Assembly (NCBI GenBank): GCA_026193125.1
Contig: JAPHSC010000032.1
Location: 1-39,225, forward strand
Source: Gammaproteobacteria bacterium
Lineage (GTDB): Bacteria; Pseudomonadota; Gammaproteobacteria; Steroidobacterales; BM003
Reading direction: 5' to 3'
Length of the DNA stretch: 39,225 bases
A program made the position numbers and the translations under genes. Below, piece after piece: positions 35,242 through 39,225 of the stretch (its first letter is position 1; each line of letters starts with the position of its first letter). The notes beneath the pieces were generated by a model that was given only the letters and a program-made list of their open reading frames with translations, was not told the origin of the DNA and did no database searches.

Positions 35242-36114
35242 CTAATTTCCGTCTGCGGATTTCAAGTAGCGGAAAAACTCACTGTCAGGCTTGAGCACGA
35301 GCAGATCTTGCTCAAGACCAAGTGACTGACGATACGCCTGGAGACTCCGGTAGAAGGAATAGAATTCAGGATTCTTCAGATAAGCCTTGGAATAGATTCC
35401 CGCCGCAATGGCATCACCTTCACCGCGTGTACTCTGGGCATCACGAAAGGCTTCAGCCAGCATTATCGTGCGCTGACGATCAGCTTCGGCGCGAATCTTT
35501 ACGCTCATTTCAGCACCCTCCGCCCTGAACTGCTTGGCGATACGGACGCGTTCCTGGCGCATGCGCTCAAACACCGAGCCGCTGACCTCGTCGGGCAAAT
35601 CTATGCGCTTGACCCGAATATCCACGATCGTAATTCCCAGCTCCGCCGCCACCTTGCGTGCCCGAGCCATCATCTCGTCCATCAGTTCCGCACGCTCACC
35701 GGCCACGACTTCCTGGATAGTCCGCTTGGCGAATTCCTTGCGCAGACTGTCGGTAATAATCGCGAACAGTCTCTGCGACGCCATCAGTTCGTCGCCGGCC
35801 GTAGCGATATAGAAGCCGGTTACGTCACTGATACGCCATTTGACGAAGAAATCCACAAGCACGAATTTCCGCTCACCGGTCAGGAATCTCTCCGGGCGAT
35901 TATCCAGAGTCAGAATCTGGTCCGAGAACTTGATAACGTTATTGATGAAGGGAACCTTGAAGTGTAGTCCGGGTTCAAAGTCCGCTTTTATAATCTCGCC
36001 GAAGCGGAACTTGATCGCTTGCTCGCGTTCGTGGACCACGAAGACCGACATACTCAGGCTCAGCAACACCACCGCCACCAGGGTGAGCAATCCATATAAT
36101 CTTGTTTGCATCAC
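35242..36114 (-). CDS. hflC: Protease modulator HflC (SPFH/band-7)
   Basis: 290 aa with an N-terminal TM and an SPFH domain. ATGA overlap with hflK. hflX-hflK-hflC order. Confidence 0.93.
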   Translation of the reverse strand: MMQTRLYGLLTLVAVVLLSLSMSVFVVHEREQAIKFRFGEIIKADFEPGLHFKVPFINNVIKFSDQILTLDNRPERFLTGERKFVLVDFFVKWRISDVTGFYIATAGDELMASQRLFAIITDSLRKEFAKRTIQEVVAGERAELMDEMMARARKVAAELGITIVDIRVKRIDLPDEVSGSVFERMRQERVRIAKQFRAEGAEMSVKIRAEADRQRTIMLAEAFRDAQSTRGEGDAIAAGIYSKAYLKNPEFYSFYRSLQAYRQSLGLEQDLLVLKPDSEFFRYLKSADGN

Positions 36115-37238
36115 TGGTTCCCCCTGCTGCGTCGATCAGATTCACTACGCGTCGTAGGAACCTCCAGATCCAGGGCTGGAATTTCCATGCTTCCAGCCCC
36201 ATTTGCGCCCGTATTGCGACCTCGTGATTCCAACAACTTGTCCACCGGCAGATAAATCAGGTTGCCACTACCGTCGGTATCGACGATAACCTTGGAAGCG
36301 CTGCCCAGGACTTTTTCAATGGTCTCGATGTATAGCCGTTCACGCGTGACCTTGGGTGCCTTTTCATACTCTCCCAACATGGCCAGGAAGCGATTGGCGT
36401 TACCTTCTGCCTCGGCAATCACCTCTTGCTTGTAGGCCTGGGCCTCTTCCAGTTGGCGCTGGGCCGCACCTCGAGCCCTGGGCAGCACGTCATTCGAGTA
36501 ACCTTCCGCCTCAAGACGCAGCCGATCTCTGTCCTCACGTGCCTTGGTGGCATCGTCCACCGCGGCCTGAACCTGCGAAGGAGGTGTGGCGTCAATCAAG
36601 TTCAACGAGGTGATCTCGATACCCGAACCGTAATCATCCAGGGTTTCCTGTAGCAGATCCTTGGCTCGCACCACCAGTTCCTCGCGCCCGTCGCCCAGCA
36701 CCAATTCGGCCTTGGCCTTGCCGACCACTTCCCTGATAGCGCTTTCGCTGACATCTTGCAGAGTCTGGTTAGGATCACGAATGTTAAACAGGATTTTCTC
36801 GATATCCGCGTAGCGGAACTGCACGCTCATGGCGATCGCCACGATGTTCTCATCCGCGGTAAGCATCTGGGTCTTGTAGTCAAACCGCTGGATGCTTGAA
36901 ACATTGACCTTCTCAACCATTTCAAAGGGCCAGGGCCGCCAATGCAGGCCGGGCATGCTGGTCCGAATGGCCTCACCGAAGCGCAACACGACTCCGCGCT
37001 CGGAAGCATCGAGTTTATAGAAACCTCCCATCACCCAGGCCGCCAGCAACAGGGCCAGGACGAACAGCAGGCTCTTGCCTCCACCCGCTTTGCCAGGTCC
37101 AGAACCACCATCTCCGCCAAATATCGCACTCACCCGCTTTTGCAGGTTGCGCACGATTTCGTCCAGGTCAGGCGGACCTTGCTGACCTTTGGGCTTGCCC
37201 CAGGGATTTTCGTCTTTTCCAGGCTCGTTCCATGACAT
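36111..37238 (-). CDS. hflK: Protease modulator HflK (SPFH/band-7)
   Basis: 375 aa (MSWNEPGKDENPWG...GPPDLDEIVRNLQKR), a canonical HflK N-terminus plus an SPFH domain. Confidence 0.93.
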   Translation of the reverse strand: MSWNEPGKDENPWGKPKGQQGPPDLDEIVRNLQKRVSAIFGGDGGSGPGKAGGGKSLLFVLALLLAAWVMGGFYKLDASERGVVLRFGEAIRTSMPGLHWRPWPFEMVEKVNVSSIQRFDYKTQMLTADENIVAIAMSVQFRYADIEKILFNIRDPNQTLQDVSESAIREVVGKAKAELVLGDGREELVVRAKDLLQETLDDYGSGIEITSLNLIDATPPSQVQAAVDDATKAREDRDRLRLEAEGYSNDVLPRARGAAQRQLEEAQAYKQEVIAEAEGNANRFLAMLGEYEKAPKVTRERLYIETIEKVLGSASKVIVDTDGSGNLIYLPVDKLLESRGRNTGANGAGSMEIPALDLEVPTTRSESDRRSRGNQ

Positions 37239-37276
37239 ATGCGATCTACTTCTTGCTGAGTAAGATTGAGGATGAT

Positions 37277-38614
37277 TCAGGCACTGCTGGCCGGAACCTC
37301 CGATTGTATGAAGCTGGCGTCAAGGGAACAAGGCAGAAGGTCAAATCGCGCCGGATCCAGCCCTTCCTTGCTGACAAGACGGGCCAATTTGCGCCTGGGG
37401 ATGACCAATTCCAGGGACCATCCGCCTTCTTCCAGCTCGGTCTCAGCGATTACGGCGGCAAGCTCGTACAGTCTCGCGCGAATGCGCCCCTCGCCCGAGC
37501 CAAGCGTCAACTGACCCCTGAGCAGCTCACCACCCAGGCGCTCATGCAGTGCCTGCAGCAGCAGGTCAATTCCTGCCCCGGTCACGGACGAGATGAAAAC
37601 CCTCCGCGCACGTCCCTGGCTGTCTCGCTCCAGGCGCGCCTCATCGCCAGACAGGTCGATCTTGTTGTAGACCAGTAACTGCTCTACGTCCTCGGCCCCG
37701 ATTTCTTTCAACACTTCGTCAACCTGCTCGATGCGCGCCCGCCGCTCCGGGTCGTGTGCATCCACCACATGCAGCAACAAAGTTGCATCCCGCGTCTCAA
37801 TCAGGGTGGACTTGAATGCCGCCACCAGTTCATGCGGGAGGTCACGGATGAATCCCACGGTATCTGCCAGCACGGTCTCCAGCCCCGGGGCCAATTCCAG
37901 CTTGCGCAGCGTAGGATCAAGGGTCGCAAAAAGTTTATCTGCGGCATAGACCTCGGAGTTCGTCAGGTAATTGAACAGCGTGGACTTTCCCGCATTGGTA
38001 TATCCAACCAGCGAAATAGTCGGCACCTCGGCCTTTTGCCGAGTACGACGCCCCTGCTCCCTCTGTTTATCGACCTGTTCAAGGCGTTGTCCGAGGGTGC
38101 GAATCCGATTATTTAGCAGGCGTCTGTCTGTTTCCAGCTGGGTCTCGCCAGGTCCGCGCAGACCGATACCGCCTTTTTGCCGTTCCAGGTGAGTCCATCC
38201 TCTCACCAGGCGCGTGGCCAAGTGTCGCAGCTGGGCGAGTTCCACCTGCAGCTTGCCTTCATGAGAGCGTGCGCGCTGAGCAAAAATATCCAGGATCAAG
38301 CCCGATCTATCCAGCACCCGGCATTCCAGATGCCGCTCCAGGTTGCGTTCCTGACTGGGGGAAAGAGCATGATTGAGCAGCACAAGCTCAGCGTCCAGAT
38401 CCTTCACCGCGGCCCGTAATTCATCCGCCTTGCCCGTGCCTATAAAAAAACGCGGGTCGGGACGTTGCCGAATGCAGGAAAAGGTTGCCAATGGCTCGGC
38501 GCCGGCCGATCGGGCCAACTCCTCAAACTCTTCCTGGACATCCTCGGCAACACCTTGACCGATTCCCATGTGCACAAGAAGAGCACGCTCACCGCTTCGC
38601 GGGCGCTCAAACAA
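37277..38614 (-). CDS. hflX: Ribosome-associated GTPase HflX
   Basis: 445 aa (ERALLVH, LVGYTNAGKSTLFN G1 motif, DTVGF, NKID). Confidence 0.93.
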   Translation of the reverse strand: MFERPRSGERALLVHMGIGQGVAEDVQEEFEELARSAGAEPLATFSCIRQRPDPRFFIGTGKADELRAAVKDLDAELVLLNHALSPSQERNLERHLECRVLDRSGLILDIFAQRARSHEGKLQVELAQLRHLATRLVRGWTHLERQKGGIGLRGPGETQLETDRRLLNNRIRTLGQRLEQVDKQREQGRRTRQKAEVPTISLVGYTNAGKSTLFNYLTNSEVYAADKLFATLDPTLRKLELAPGLETVLADTVGFIRDLPHELVAAFKSTLIETRDATLLLHVVDAHDPERRARIEQVDEVLKEIGAEDVEQLLVYNKIDLSGDEARLERDSQGRARRVFISSVTGAGIDLLLQALHERLGGELLRGQLTLGSGEGRIRARLYELAAVIAETELEEGGWSLELVIPRRKLARLVSKEGLDPARFDLLPCSLDASFIQSEVPASSA

Positions 38615-38637
38615 TGCGGCTCTCCGGGATGGTGACC

Positions 38638-38883
38638 CTAGTCAGCCTCACCGATTTCCTCGTCCCCCATGGGAACACGGACATTCCTGGAAGGAACGAC
38701 GGTAGAGATGGCATGCTTGTACACCATCTGGCTGACGGAATTGCGTAACAAAACCACAAACTGGTCAAAGGATTCAATTTGCCCCTGGAGCTTTATTCCA
38801 TTGACCAGGTAAATGGACACTGGCACTTTTTCTTTACGCAGGGCATTTAGAAACGGATCTTGCAGCGATTGACCCTTGGCCAT
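38638..38883 (-). CDS. hfq: RNA chaperone Hfq
   Basis: [46 protein letters not shown] is canonical Hfq. The ATG at 38883 is preferred over the ORF-track start at 38916. Confidence 0.96.
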   Translation of the reverse strand: MAKGQSLQDPFLNALRKEKVPVSIYLVNGIKLQGQIESFDQFVVLLRNSVSQMVYKHAISTVVPSRNVRVPMGDEEIGEAD

Positions 38884-39020
38884 CGTTGTCTCCTTGGTTA
38901 TTAACATACTCAGCATCCCCGGGCAGCTACCAGAACCTTCGCCCGCCTGCCTGGCGGCGCGCGAACGCTACTCGTGGACACGGCTGGCAGTGTACCACAG
39001 GCCCAGCCACCTACTTGGAC

Positions 39021-39175
39021 TTATGCGCCAGTTTCAGCCCTTGCAATGGCTTCGTATATCAGGGAATGTGCTGACTGATCCAGCGCATCAAGTTTGATCA
39101 GGTCCCGCTGGGACCGCATCCAGGTGTATTGACGCTTGGCCAACTGGCGTGTGGCGATCACGGCACTGGAGCAGG
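39021..39175 (-). CDS. miaA: tRNA dimethylallyltransferase MiaA, C-terminal fragment (upstream part not recoverable because of the terminal palindrome)
   Basis: The minus-strand translation ends ...ATRQLAKRQYTWMRSQRDLIKLDALDQSAHSLIYEAIARAETGA*. TRQ-AKRQ-TW is the conserved MiaA C-terminal motif, and miaA-hfq adjacency is conserved. Sequence beyond 39175 is the reverse complement of 39126-39175, not real coding continuation. Confidence 0.7.
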
Positions 39176-39225
39176 CCTGCTCCAGTGCCGTGATCGCCAC
39201 ACGCCAGTTGGCCAAGCGTCAATAC
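39126..39225. repeat. Perfect 100-nt palindrome (50-nt arms, no spacer) at the right end of the window
   Basis: 39176-39225 is the exact reverse complement of 39126-39175 (gtattgacgcttggccaactggcgtgtggcgatcacggcactggagcagg / cctgctcc...gtcaatac). The symmetry runs to the last base of the window. Confidence 0.97.

Overview
Gammaproteobacterial-type chromosomal segment, roughly 55-60% GC judged by eye. It is densely coded, mostly on the minus strand, and largely housekeeping. Left to right: a TPR-protein-associated TRAP transporter (tatT-dctP-dctQ-dctM, dctM cut by the left edge); rpsP-rimM-trmD-rplS; ffh; a class-II cyclic-nucleotide phosphodiesterase; a ypjD-like/CorC-like pair; radA; alr-dnaB-rplI-(membrane protein)-rpsR-rpsF; rlmB-rnr; tRNA-Leu(CAG); and purA-DUF2065-hflC-hflK-hflX-hfq-miaA (3' end only). 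Two accessory modules interrupt this backbone. (i) At 11.1-15.2 kb, a CHASE2-sensor Hanks Ser/Thr kinase, a PP2C phosphatase and a two-domain FHA protein sit between radA and alr. (ii) At 23.8-30.3 kb, directly beside tRNA-Leu, is a four-gene minus-strand operon: carbon-nitrogen hydrolase, an unusually long (919 aa) PLP Orn/Lys/Arg-type decarboxylase, an ATP-grasp ligase and a C45 Ntn acyltransferase/hydrolase. I cannot map this operon to a characterised pathway, and it is my best candidate for an undescribed system, possibly synthesis and turnover of an amine conjugate. It is followed by about 0.9 kb of coding-poor DNA, an orphan solute-binding protein and an FAD-linked 2-hydroxyacid-type oxidase tightly linked to purA. 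I found no CRISPR array, IS element, integrase or rRNA. The last 100 nt of the window form a perfect palindrome inside miaA, most likely a fold-back assembly artefact. All family assignments come from reading the translations and from recalled motifs. No database search was run.
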